DNA from: Eremomyces bilateralis CBS 781.70
Taxonomy: Eukaryota
Length of the DNA: 64,000 nt
Assembly (NCBI GenBank): GCA_010015585.1
Contig: ML975158.1
Strand: one strand, 5' to 3'
Shown here: positions 23,307-34,775 of the stretch, one piece after another
Layout of the letters: each line of letters starts with the position of its first letter
How positions within the stretch are numbered: position 1 is the first letter of the stretch
Notes under the pieces: model-generated
The model's input: only the letters and a program-made list of their open reading frames with translations
What the model was told of the DNA's origin: nothing
Database searches by the model: none
Made by a program: the position numbers and the translations under genes

Positions 23307-24959
23307 CTATTCTTTCTTCCCGACGGCGCCTTTTTCCATGTCTTCACAGACTTCCACTTCAACAGGGAGACTCTCCCCCTCTGAACTATCATTGCGCAGC
23401 GATATATCGGTGATAGGTTCCTTTTTATTTCTGAGTCCGAATCCACCACCCCATCCGATCCAACCCTTCTCATGCGGCCCCCTGACAAGGGCGATTAAAA
23501 GCGCAGCGCAAACAAAGCCCACGCTGGCACTGCCGCTGCGAATCCATCCGCCAGCAGCGTAAAGATGACTACCAGCCGAAGTGCCAGTCAGTTGGCCGCA
23601 GAACACCGACACCATGAACGCCGTGTTTAGTCGATTGCGTGCCTTGGGTTCAATCGAATAGATAGCGCTACGGTTCGCGATCTGCGTGGTCTGCATCCCA
23701 AAGTCATTGAGGATGGCGTGGATAATCGGTCCAGCCACCGTAATTGTCCCCGTATACGTCCCGATGATGATGCCGACAAGCGCCAAACTTATTCCGACTA
23801 GGACGCTGAATAATGGGACGAAGCGATCCGTGACGAGACGGGCGTAGAGCGGCCCGAGGATCATTACCGCGACGCCGATGAGGCCGAATAGGCCAATAAC
23901 TAGCGGGGAATAAAAATATGGCGATCCCGAGAGCAAGAAAGTGACGACGGTCCAGAAGTTCGTGAAGGTCGCGGAGGAGAAAAAGCCGATCAAGCAGGCC
24001 TGGACGAGGACGGGGTGCTGGCATACCATCTGCACGATTGACCACAGCATGTAGAAGTAGTTGAGTCCATCGGGGTTGGTCGACGGATAGTCCGGCATGA
24101 AGAGCCAGAGTAAAACGAGGATCGAATATTGCAGACCGAGCGCCATCCAGTACACGTTACGCCAGGAGGTGAAGTTGGTCATTGTCCCCGAGACCACTCT
24201 GGCGATCAAGATCCCCAACATAAGTCCTGAAACTACGATTGACAGCGCGGCCGCTCTACGCTCTGGAGGAGCAAGGTCGCCGACCAGTGGTAGAGCAAGT
24301 TGCGGAGTGACCGTCGTCACCGAGGTGATGAACGAAATGGCCGTGAAAAGCGTTAGCGACTTGGTGACGCACAACACTATCCTGCGGAAGTCTTAGCATG
24401 CCGAAACGAATTCTCCAACCGTTATCACCAACCATAGCGTCGCAGTGAGAAACACCAAACCCAGCACGAAATGTCTTCTCCTGAGCAAGTCTCCCAAAGG
24501 ACACAGAAAGAGGAGGCCCGCCGCATACCCAGCCTGCATCACGGTAGGGATCTGCGAGACTTTCTCATACGGAACCCCAAAATCTGCAGCGAGGACATTT
24601 AGAATCGGGTGCGTGTAATAGAGATTCGCCACGGAAAAGGCCGCCGCGAACGCGAACAGTACGTTTAGGCCAATCGAGAAGGTGGGTGGCTTCTCCGGAT
24701 CCCAGCGACATCTTGGAGGCGTCCAGGTCACGAACCATACGACACTGCTCCATGCTTTCTTCAATTGGCCAGTCCATGGCTGGTCCCGGTTTGAGGGTTC
24801 CAAATCCACGCCCGATATCGTGGATGTATGTGGCTTTTCTTGGATTGTTGAGGTTGACTCGGAAACGTTCGACTTCGGCTGTGGGGTATCTTGGATCGGG
24901 ATTAATGGGGATTCAATCTTATCTCCGGACTTCGTCCCATCTGCCAGGTTGCCGCTCAT
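23307..24959 (-). CDS. MFS transporter (~533 aa)
   Basis: Exons 24959-24433 and 24381-23307. About 12 hydrophobic helices; motifs ANLYYTHPIL, QAGYAAGLLFLCPLGDLLRRR, ARNRLNTAFM. Confidence 0.9.
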
Positions 24960-25316
24960 CTTGCACTGACGATCTCATAATAGAAATAACTTATATGTTA
25001 CCAAGAATGGAATTGAATAATGACCGAAAAAAACTTACGAAAGGAACAATTGTGCATAGCGTGCTTTAGATAGTCTTCCAGCAGGAAGCGGAGGTAGCTG
25101 CCGACAGAGCAGCGATAACCGGCCCCACCTACAGGGGAGATAGTCGACGGCGCGAATTACGACATCCTGATGCATTTGGATAGCCCGACTGAAATTCATT
25201 GATTGATAGTTCTCCTAAAAAATCGCTGCATATTGATATCATACAAGTAAAGTAGCGTTGCGTAGACCAAGAAGCCGTGACGAAAAAGAAAATCCCGGGA
25301 AACATGGTGCAATGGA

Positions 25317-26329
25317 TCAGAAATTGTTCATGATCCCAGGCTGGATCGCTTCCAACTTCTCCGTCAGTTCATTCCACACCCGCTCCTGAGTAACCCGGCC
25401 TTCCTTCGACAAGACGAATGGCGATATTGGAGCGACGCGCATGTCGGCGAGATACTGGCCGTGCGATTCCTGTCCTTTGCCCGGCCCATCAACGAGGGTC
25501 CCTGCGCCGAGTACCATCGGTCGCGCATGGAGGAAGAACCTGAAGATAGCGGCCATTATATCCTGCCCTCTCAGGAACTCCGAATGGCAGAAGCCAGGGT
25601 TCACCAGATTGATGATAACCGGGTAGCCAATGGGTGCGTGCGCTCTAACCATCTCGCGGACAACGAAGAGTTCTAGCAGCTTGGTCGCTGCGTACCGGCC
25701 CGCCATCCGTGCCGTAGACTTGTCGTTCAAGTAGTTGAATATCCCGTCCGGGTGGTTCCTTTCGGGCTTGAGAGTGGTCGCGAAATGCGCTTCAGAAGTC
25801 ACAACCACGAGCCTCGGCGTAATGTCGAAAGTCTTTGCACTCTCTCGGAGCTTGGGGAGAAGGAGGACGTCAAGAAGGAACGTCGACACGACATTCACGG
25901 TGACTGCCACCTCGTTATCTTCCGCTACGGAGTAGCTCGCAGCCGTCGGTGCGGGTGATACTGCAGCATTCTCCAGGAGGACGTCCAGTCGGTCGAGGGT
26001 TTGGGCTTTCGCAGCGAAATCCTTGACGCTTGCATAGTGCATACGAACTGAGGTCGAGATGCCAGACCTCCACGACCCCGGTCCAGTTTCCTGTTCGATC
26101 CATTCTTTGGCCTCATCCCCTTTCTTCAGGCTTCGGATAGCTATGATCACTTTAGCTGCGTGGAGCCGAACAAAGTGGTTGGCTGCCTGCTTCCCAAGTC
26201 CAGTATTCGCTCCTGTTACAATGATGGTTTGACCTTCGAAGGATTGGGTTGGAAGCGGTGAGGTTGTGAACCATTGGCTGTTGATAAGATTGCGCCAAAG
26301 CTAATGGGGGGCATGTCTCCAAAAGCCAT
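25317..26329 (-). pseudogene. Short-chain dehydrogenase/reductase with three frameshifts
   Basis: Rossmann motif TIIVTGANTGLG and catalytic YAATK are present. The ATG at 26329 is out of frame with them. The segment VVEVWHLDLSSYA lies in another frame between a deletion (~26083) and a 7-nt duplication (26031-26044). Confidence 0.75.
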
Positions 26330-27085
26330 GATGATGTGACGATGGAGAGATAGTTGAACTGATTTGAGACGCTGTAATTGGCGGAATGGAGGATTGACGG
26401 ATTGACTGATTGATGGGCCGGAAAAAGACTGCAACAAACGGAAGACTTTATACCTACTCGCCTTCATCGGCCCGGTTCGCAGAGTCTATTAAATCCAGAG
26501 CTGTGCAACCAGAGTACTTTTAGCGAGCACCGGAGTCGCACAATCTCCAAGTCCAGACATCTGAATAGTGAAGCGGTATCAAAAACAGCAACCAGACGAC
26601 AGGCCTTGCTGAGTGCAACCATCGACCGGAGAAATCAATATCGCCGGAGATAAAGAATTCTAACCTAGAGAGGTACCCAGGTATCTCCGGTAGCCAGAAT
26701 AGTGGACATGCAAATGTGGAAAGAGAAGGATTCATCCGAATTCATGGGAGTGATTAGTGACTAGAGATAATGACGTGGTGTGGAAGACAGATAGTGGACA
26801 TTAGGATGGAAACTCCGTCCCAAAGCCCAACACGTAAACAGTTGCTTGGGGAAAGCTTTCAGCCAATAGAATCTGGCAATTTTCAGAGTCACCCGACACT
26901 CATGATATTTGCCAGTGAGAGTGCACCACAGCCCCTGGCAGGGCAGCAGCTTGGTGGCACCACATCCAAGTCAAGTTCTTCACGATTGTTCACGAGTCAC
27001 CTCACGGTAATCACCCAACCATTGTAGAATGGGTTCAGCTATCTTTCCATGCATTGAAACCCCAACCTTGAATCCATAAACAAAC

Positions 27086-27526
27086 ATGTCTGGGACCTTG
27101 TCCCAGTGTGGCAACCGACCGAGTGGCTTCCTTCGGCTTCCATTCGAGATTCGTGAGACTCCACTTCTTACGGGTCTGAGGCAGCTCTGCCTCGTCGCGG
27201 AGCAGCCATTGGAGGCCGGGGCCTACTTCGATGGCTCTACCCTCGAGCAGGAAACGCAGATATGGATTGAATGGCTGGGGCCGATCTTACGATACCTCGC
27301 GAAGAATATGTCGAAGACGACTACTGTCAGTGTGGATGATAACGACGTGGTGGAGACGGGCGAACTCATGCAGAAATGCCTCAGCCCTGGCTATAACAAG
27401 GTACAGACTGTGACTGGAGATGAAATTTTCCTGAGAAGTCAGTTCTTGGAGGAGAGTGATTAGTGGGATGATATTAATGACATTGATGGTCCGAACTCTG
27501 CAAGGGATGGTATAGGCAGCGATTAG
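27086..27526 (+). pseudogene. Internally deleted remnant of a hypothetical protein with an F-box-like N-terminal motif
   Basis: FLRLPFEIR is joined directly to a C-terminal-looking segment. An in-frame TAG at 27461 is followed by a plausible continuation WDDINDIDGPNSARD. Confidence 0.45.
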
Positions 27527-27659
27527 TCTGATTAATGCCCGGACCAGAGTTCAAAGAAGTTAATTAACTTCTATCTACTCAACGATCTTATCTGGGCCGA
27601 TCCAGAAGCGTGCAAGAGGTTTCCAGAAGTGGTTCCGTTGTTGTAGAGGAGTCGCTACA

Positions 27660-29189
27660 GGCACTCAGAAAAGAGCACGGGATATATTAGATGCATTTGT
27701 GTCTCTGTCGGGGAAGCCCTTCAAGCCCCTGTGCCATGATATGCAGATCTTAAAAGCAGATTGATCTAGGGCACGAGAAAGAAGTGGAAGCACCACAAGA
27801 AGGTTCCTAGGCCATCTATAGGATGAGGTATTAACGGTAGCCTTAGTCGGCCTAAGTATAATCTCAGAGATCAAGTTCTCAGAGTTCGATAATCCATCGG
27901 ACAAGTTCAGTGCAGAGCACAGAAGGCGTGGGGTTCTCGTGATTCGAAGGGTAATCCCCGAAACAGAAGCATTGCAGCTTAAAGAAATCCTCAAGAAGTA
28001 CATCGAAGACAATCGACATAAAAAAGGTACAAGAGTCATCCCACTATCGTAATACTGGACGCTGGCAACTATACAGCGTTACCCTGAATAACCCTCAAGT
28101 CTACGAACTCTACTGCCCCCCCTCCAACGTCACACCCGCTCCAATCCTCGCTTCCTGAACGCCATGCGCTTCCTCATGTCCATCTAGCACAACCTTGATC
28201 TCTCCATCCCCATTTCCACCGCGCATCCAACCCTCAACGTCGACTGTCTTCGGATTCGTCTACCCGGGCACAACTAGTTCGCCCTAAGTCCGCACGTCGA
28301 CTGTGGAAGCGTGGAGCGCTGGGGAGAGAATGACTATGGACTTAGAACAGTGTACGATGCTATCTGGCGCGGTGAATTGGAGCGGCTTGATCCATGGGAG
28401 GCGAGCGGTAGGTCTCCGGTGCTATCAGACTTGTATTATGGGTTTGGTACTTGCAATATATCTAGGATGGTACAGGGGTGGGTTTCTATGTAGGATGTTG
28501 AGCCTGGTGAGGGGGAGTTGCTGGTGTGTCCACCCGTGAATGCGGCTCCGGCGTATTACATTCGTCGACCCTTCTTTGAGGAGGTAAAGGGAAGAGATGA
28601 AGTGGTATCGGAAGAGGAATATCTGGATATTGAGACTTGGAGAGTTGAGTTGGAGACTACGAGTCTACTTGAGGGGGTAAATCCAGGGGACGGGCAGGAG
28701 TTGAAGCCCAATCTACACCCACATTTGCAACTAGATAAGGCCATAGTCCATGTACCAAGGGTCAAACTAGGAGATTACGTTGCCTGACACTGACGGTAAG
28801 TCCATTGTCTGACGCTCCAGCACGCCTCCGACAATTAGACTTATCAGGAGACAGTCATCCATGTAGTGGACAACGTGCACAGAGGCACCAGTGATTCCAG
28901 TGTCATCCATATTCCGACCTGCCCTCTCACAGAGGGAAATGCGCAGTTCCTCGCTCGTCAGAGACAGGCGTTCCTCTCGGGTACTCTATGCCCGGACTTT
29001 GACAGCGGAGAAGGTGATGTGCACCACAAAGGAAAGGCTACTGTCGAGTCCCTGGCGTCCATGTCATCATCAGGAGGGATGTGGGCATTTGGACAGATGG
29101 AATGGCATAGCTCTGCTGAGGGACTTAGTCTTGGAGAACGAGGAACATCACGTCGTGCTAATAAGGTGTTCGGTCGTTTCCATCCATAG
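27660..29189 (+). pseudogene. DUF1479 / Gig2 / YbiU-family oxygenase pseudogene
   Basis: Collinear motifs DILDAFVSLSG, RRGVLVIRRVIPE, NPQVYELY, LSPHVDCGSVERW, PGDGQEL...HPHLQLD, GDYVA*H, DSSVIHIPTCPLT, interrupted by multiple stops and frameshifts. Confidence 0.85.
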
Positions 29190-29721
29190 AAAATCCAATG
29201 TGTTCACGTGTGGATTTCCTAGTGTGAAGGGTGAATACTATCGTGTCCCATCGTATGTTTTGAAGGGAGGGTGAATTAAATGCAGTCTATGGTTAAACCT
29301 GGCAAATTAATTCCCAGCGGAAATGACTATGTTGGTTTAACGACTGATGCGGATCAGGTACAGCTGAAAAAAATGACACCAGTCCCATGGAACAGACACC
29401 TGGGGCCTGCGAGATGGTTGATTTTCTACCCCTGCCCTCGAAGGTAGGTTATCGTTTTTTGCTTTTTGCTCTTAATACAGAATCGCACAAAGAGTCGATT
29501 GAACTGGGGTTGGAAACGATCCGATCATGTTTCGTGGAGTTGCGGTTGATTCTGTGGTTGACCGGCAAGAAATTCACTGTTTTGATGGACAACTGGCTGG
29601 TATAGGGGTTCAAAAGGTACATCGAGTGTTTACGTAAGCGAAAATCTAGTAGTGCGAGGCTACGAGTTCGAACTATGCTTGAAGCAGTTCTTTTTTGGCA
29701 CCAGACTGTATACTGACCCCA

Positions 29722-31863
29722 TCAGTCATCGAAGCCCTCGAACTCACTCTCATTTTCCTCCAACACATGCTTCACAACAGCATCATTCCGATCCGACTGA
29801 TGGTGACTCTTCGCTGCCTTCCTCTTATTCTCCATCCGCCGCTCAAACCCACTCTTCGTACTGATGCGCGCAGCAGCTGGTCCCTTTCCGTCACCCTTCC
29901 CATTCAGCGCATTCACCGACCGAGCCGGCACGCCCCGCTTCTTCAACAACTGCTTATCCCGCTTCGACGGCGTCGGCAGCGCATTCAGCAACCACGGCTC
30001 GATCGTGGTCTTCTCGTCGCCCCTCGATCGCTCGCTCGCCGCAATGACGTTCGCGATGTTCTTGACGTACGGAATGTCCTCCTTCGTATAGTACGTCACC
30101 GCCACCCCGCCCTCCCGCCCCGCCCGGCCTGTCCGCCCAACGCGATGCACGTACGCCGCCGCCGAGTTCGGGATGTCGTAGTTCACCACCCCATTCACCC
30201 CGCGGAAATCCACCCCGCGAGCCAGCAGGTCCGTCGTGATCAGCACCCAGATCTCGCCCTTGCGGAACCGCGTCATCACGCGGTCGCGCGCCTGTTCGGA
30301 GAGGTCGGAGTGCAGCACGGCGAGGCGGCTGGCGCCGCCTGCTTCTGGGGGGATGTCGAAGAGGAGCTCGGAGTGCAGCGCGACGGCGCGGGGGATCGTT
30401 TGGGTGAATACGAGGAAGGGGGGCCGGAGGCTGGGGCCGGCTTCGCCCTGGGGGGCGGAGGGGTGGATTAGTTGGCGGAGACCTAGGAGTTTGCCTTGCT
30501 CGGTGGCTGCGTAGACGAGCTTGTGGTCGATGTTGGGGACGGCGGTGTCTTTGATGCCGACCACCAATCGTAGGAGTAGAGATTTTGATTCTGATGAAGC
30601 ATCGTTCTTAGAGGGGCGCCGTCGGTCTTTCCAAAAGTTGGTGGCGATTTCCTCAATGCTTGAAGATATCGTTGCGGACCAGAGAGTGGACTGTAGGTTC
30701 GAATTCGTACACTTTTTCCATATCCCCAACGTTTGGTCTCGGAATAGCGGGTCTAGCAACACGTCGGCTTCGTCCAACACTAGTTGTTGCACGGTTGGGA
30801 GAGAGCGCTCCTTGCCGTCGTCACTGCTCAAGGAATTTAATAGCGCCAGCGGGGTGGACACTAGGACATGTGACTTGATCTCCAAGGCAGCTCGCTTCTC
30901 GTGATCATCCACATCGCTCTCATTGTCGCTTTGCTCTTCGTCCCCAACACGCTCCAATGAGGTGCCAATCTTCATGCCTTTTCGAAAGAGCGTGACTTTA
31001 ATTCCCGTATTCAAAGCCAACTTTCTGCCTTCGTTAGCAATCTGTGATGCTAACTCCTTGGTCGGCGCGAGTACGATGGCTTTCAACCCATGCTCCTCCG
31101 TTTCGCTCTTAGACTTCTTTCGCTCTGAGATCAGCCGGTGGAGAATTGGGATAAGAAAGGCGAGGGTCTTGCCGCTCCCCGTGGGGGCGATTGAAAGTAA
31201 GTCCGGTGCATCGGTGTCCACGAAGGAATCTGAATTGGCCAAAGACTTGGCTGGATCCAGGAGCAGTGGTATAGATGCGAGTTGCACCTCCGTGGGGACC
31301 ACATAGCCTTGGTCTTTGATGTTCGATAGTAGCCTCCTGCTGATATTGTATTGGGTCCGAAGTTGGTCGAAGGACACGAGAGGCTGGGGAAAAAGCTCCT
31401 GTTTATGTTTCGAGCCCGATCCAGATTCCTTGGACGATCCCTTTTCCTTCTTTGATTTTTTCAATCCGGTGCTCTCTTTGCTTTGTTTCGGCTCGGAGTC
31501 CAGGACAACAATCTTCACCTTGTGAGACCGCAATATCCGTAGACATTCCTCCTGTGGTTGTCTGCCTGTAGGCCGTCCCGAGACCTGTCCAGATGTTTCC
31601 TCCCCATTTGTGTGGATTTTCGTATCGCCATTCGACATGGACGTTCGATCGCCTGGCTCCGAAGCATTCTTTGCGAATTCGCTGGCCGCCGCACCGCCTC
31701 TCTTCCTCTTTCCTAGATTGGACTTGCCCTGCGAGTCGTCGCCGTTGCCGAACAGCTGTGGATTGGACGGCGCACCTGTCGAGGGAAGTTTGGCATTGGA
31801 CGGTCGGGCGGTCTGGGACCGAGAAATCTTGGTAGATCTCGTTAGGAGCTTGAAAACGTCCAT
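29722..31863 (-). CDS. ROK1: DEAD-box RNA helicase Rok1 (713 aa)
   Basis: Start MDVFKLLTRST; motifs PTEVQ, APTGSGKT, PTKELASQI, DEAD, SAT, RGVDF, YVHRVGRTGRAGREGG. Confidence 0.92.
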   Translation of the reverse strand: MDVFKLLTRSTKISRSQTARPSNAKLPSTGAPSNPQLFGNGDDSQGKSNLGKRKRGGAAASEFAKNASEPGDRTSMSNGDTKIHTNGEETSGQVSGRPTGRQPQEECLRILRSHKVKIVVLDSEPKQSKESTGLKKSKKEKGSSKESGSGSKHKQELFPQPLVSFDQLRTQYNISRRLLSNIKDQGYVVPTEVQLASIPLLLDPAKSLANSDSFVDTDAPDLLSIAPTGSGKTLAFLIPILHRLISERKKSKSETEEHGLKAIVLAPTKELASQIANEGRKLALNTGIKVTLFRKGMKIGTSLERVGDEEQSDNESDVDDHEKRAALEIKSHVLVSTPLALLNSLSSDDGKERSLPTVQQLVLDEADVLLDPLFRDQTLGIWKKCTNSNLQSTLWSATISSSIEEIATNFWKDRRRPSKNDASSESKSLLLRLVVGIKDTAVPNIDHKLVYAATEQGKLLGLRQLIHPSAPQGEAGPSLRPPFLVFTQTIPRAVALHSELLFDIPPEAGGASRLAVLHSDLSEQARDRVMTRFRKGEIWVLITTDLLARGVDFRGVNGVVNYDIPNSAAAYVHRVGRTGRAGREGGVAVTYYTKEDIPYVKNIANVIAASERSRGDEKTTIEPWLLNALPTPSKRDKQLLKKRGVPARSVNALNGKGDGKGPAAARISTKSGFERRMENKRKAAKSHHQSDRNDAVVKHVLEENESEFEGFDD

Positions 31864-32437
31864 CGGGTTTATACTATGGCCTAAGAAGGCATCGACCCAT
31901 GAATTCCTCTGTTTCGCGACTTTCGGATGTTGGTGGCACAAAATATGAAGTTGAGAATATTGTGTTCTGGTTGGTTGTGACAGGAATTTCTCATCGACAT
32001 GTCTTGGCACGTGGGATACAGCAAAATCGCTTCATTCTCAACAATGGTTGGGAGAGTCCATCGACTTAGGGGAACATCTGTTTGAAGTGATTGAAATATT
32101 TTAAGGCTGGTGAGTACCACTTTCGGGGCTTAAGGCTTAATGGTTCGAACACAAATACACTTCGATACTGTGGTTACAAGTGTCCCGCCACCGGAGATGG
32201 AAGTACAAGTCGGTGTATATTTTGCTCTACCAACATGCACAAGTGACCATCCCCAACTCTGATGTACAGGTTCAGCACAAATAGGAAATCTATAGCGCGC
32301 AATGTCGCCAGAATAGTACAGTTGCGGAAAGTTTTGGTTAAGTCTAGGGCCACCTGCCCACTCGAGTCTCGACCATGATGACCATGATGCCCACGCTCCC
32401 CCACGCTCTCCAGCCCGTCCCAACTAGATCAACTCCT

Positions 32438-33125
32438 TTAATGATGTTGTCCATGCTCGGCAGATCGGTATCCGATGATCTTGAAACGTCCGATCATCTC
32501 GCCAATTGAGAAGAACCCGAGCACCTCGGCCAACACGACGCCGGCAGCCGTCAATTCAGCGGTGCTGAGGTTTCGGACCTGTTGGAGGGCGCTTCGGGGG
32601 TTGGCGGTGCCGCTGGCAGCAGAAGTACTTCGGATGCTGTTGAATGCGGATTGGAAATATGTTTGGAAAGTGGCCATGGATCTGGGGACGTTAGTAATTG
32701 AGCTGGAAGTAGTGTTGAGAGGTCGCATACGGTGGGCTCATTTTCCTTCCCTCGAAGATGAGCTTTCCAAGCTCAAGTCCGACTTTCGAGTAGTGTATCG
32801 TTGGCGGAATGAGGGCTGTACATAATGTTAGTGGATGAGGATAGATGTTGGACGATCAACCCATACAGTTAACGAATCCGACCAGCCTGCCCGTCCGGCC
32901 GCCAATGCTCCCAATTGCATTCCCAAGAGCGCCAACAGCCGACCCAGCCTTGCTCAAAGCCGATCCAGCCGATGCCTGTGCCCGAGACAGGCCTTCCGAT
33001 GCTTTTGACGCGGCCTCCGAGGTTTTCGCCTGGGCGGCTTCGGCGGTTGAGGCATGTCGCGAGAAGATGCGCCGGAGGGCAAATTGCCGCTGTCGGAGGA
33101 CAGCGCGAGAGAGTGTGGGCGACAT
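32438..33125 (-). CDS. ATP20: Mitochondrial ATP synthase subunit g (195 aa)
   Basis: Exons 33125-32867, 32815-32731, 32681-32438. Motifs YSKVGLELGKLIF..MSPPS and AEVLGFFSIGEMIGRFKIIGY. Confidence 0.93.
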
Positions 33126-34775
33126 GCTCCCGATTCGTTGATTAAAGGACGGGATGGGTGGGAATTGGCGAGTTGCAATGGAGGATGAGAGATGGTAAAG
33201 TGCTGTTGGACTTTTGATGATCGAGAGGTTCGGGAGACCAGAGCGAATGCCGGAAGATCCCGTGATTGGAACCTCAGGCTTCAAGGCATGAATATCACAT
33301 CTCAATTGATTAAAATGAACCTGAATTCAAAATGGACTTGAGTTTAGCCACGTCTTAGCATTGGTTTCGGCGTGAGCTCGGCATGCCATTGTTCAAACTC
33401 ATTAAAGCTACAGAGGGTCGGGGTATGTCTTAGTAAGACATCGAAAGGCTTGGGCGAAACCGGTGAATACACCATATCGCTCCCCTCTACAGTGAATCAT
33501 TCACCAGTCAAAACACACATTGGGGAACGTATCTACTCTCTTCGGTATGAATTTGGGTTTCCGAACTACATCTTAGTTCTAAAAGAGGACCTGGTAAATG
33601 TATTCAGAGTAATTGCATTCAATTGGCATGGCCTCGGGTATGCTCCCTATGTACAAGGCATCGGCTTCCTCGACAACCAGCCACATAAAAACCCCAACTC
33701 CGTATCCATGTATCATAGGCTAAATGCGTAGCAACTTTATGCAGCTTTCAGGAGAAGCGCTTCTCGACCTGGCAAGCTGTTAATGCCAACTCTTTCAAGC
33801 TGGGGGACTGGAAAACTCACCCTCCAAGCATTGTTGAACTCGAATCCTTCCGGGGCCGCTGCTTTATCGGTCTGGCCACGAAGGAAACCGGTTAATCGTC
33901 GATCGCGTTGCATCACTAGATCTGTTAGCGGAGGGCGCGAGAACGGAATACCGGTCGAGTATACTTTGCTGTGATACTGTTAGCAACCATCTCCCAAAGA
34001 TCAAAACCCAATTGCATGAACGAACGCTGTCCCATCGATCAACACCTCTCCTTCCTTTCTTGCCTCCGTTCTGTATGCGCTGAACGTGTAGAAGGCCCGC
34101 TCCGGAGATTCCAAAGAACTAAGGTCGTGTTAACAGTCTCGATTGCAGCGGATTCTACTTGGGACATACGGTGACTATGACGGCATACGGTAGTAAGGCT
34201 TCGAATGGAATCGCCATCGTGACTGAAACCTCGCGCAGGCGGACTAATTGATGGTTGTAGATTAAAAGTAAGGTGCCAAATGGATTCGGATTTCGGAAGC
34301 TTGATGTCTTTCCGGCTCGTTGCGATGAGCTCGAATCGTGATGATGTTGATTGGATGATGGACGCTGGACCTTTCACGTGACCTCAGCTATCAAGCCCCA
34401 GTTTCTGCCTTAGGCTCTAATATTATTCGCCTTCAATTCGGCTTCGCTGATACAATCTGTTGATCCAACTGCATACATATGGACAACGCACAACCAGATG
34501 TTACAGTTTCTACTAGCTGTTCGATTGCACTGAAGCGGAGCCACTGTGAAAATCTGAAGGCGGCGAGGTGGAGCTCGAGATAAGAACGGTAGCTGCAGCT
34601 ATGAGTCTGATGACCTTTATCAGAAAGATGTCTGTCGTGCGGCTACTGTATGTTACAGCTATATGTGTGGCTACAGCTCCCCACCATGTCGGGTCTCATT
34701 CCAACCCCATCTCTGGCACTCCGGTCCATGGAGAAATTAAGTCGTTCAGCTTATTAACAGGTGTATTGATCCAGA

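Noticed and set aside
29722..32010. 762-aa Rok1 with N-terminal extension
   Set aside because: Starts at GTG; the conserved start is MDVFKLL at 31863.
33372..33731. ORF with RVIAFNWHGLG, reminiscent of alpha/beta hydrolases
   Set aside because: Single weak motif, no nucleophile motif or clear start; could be a relic but unsupported.
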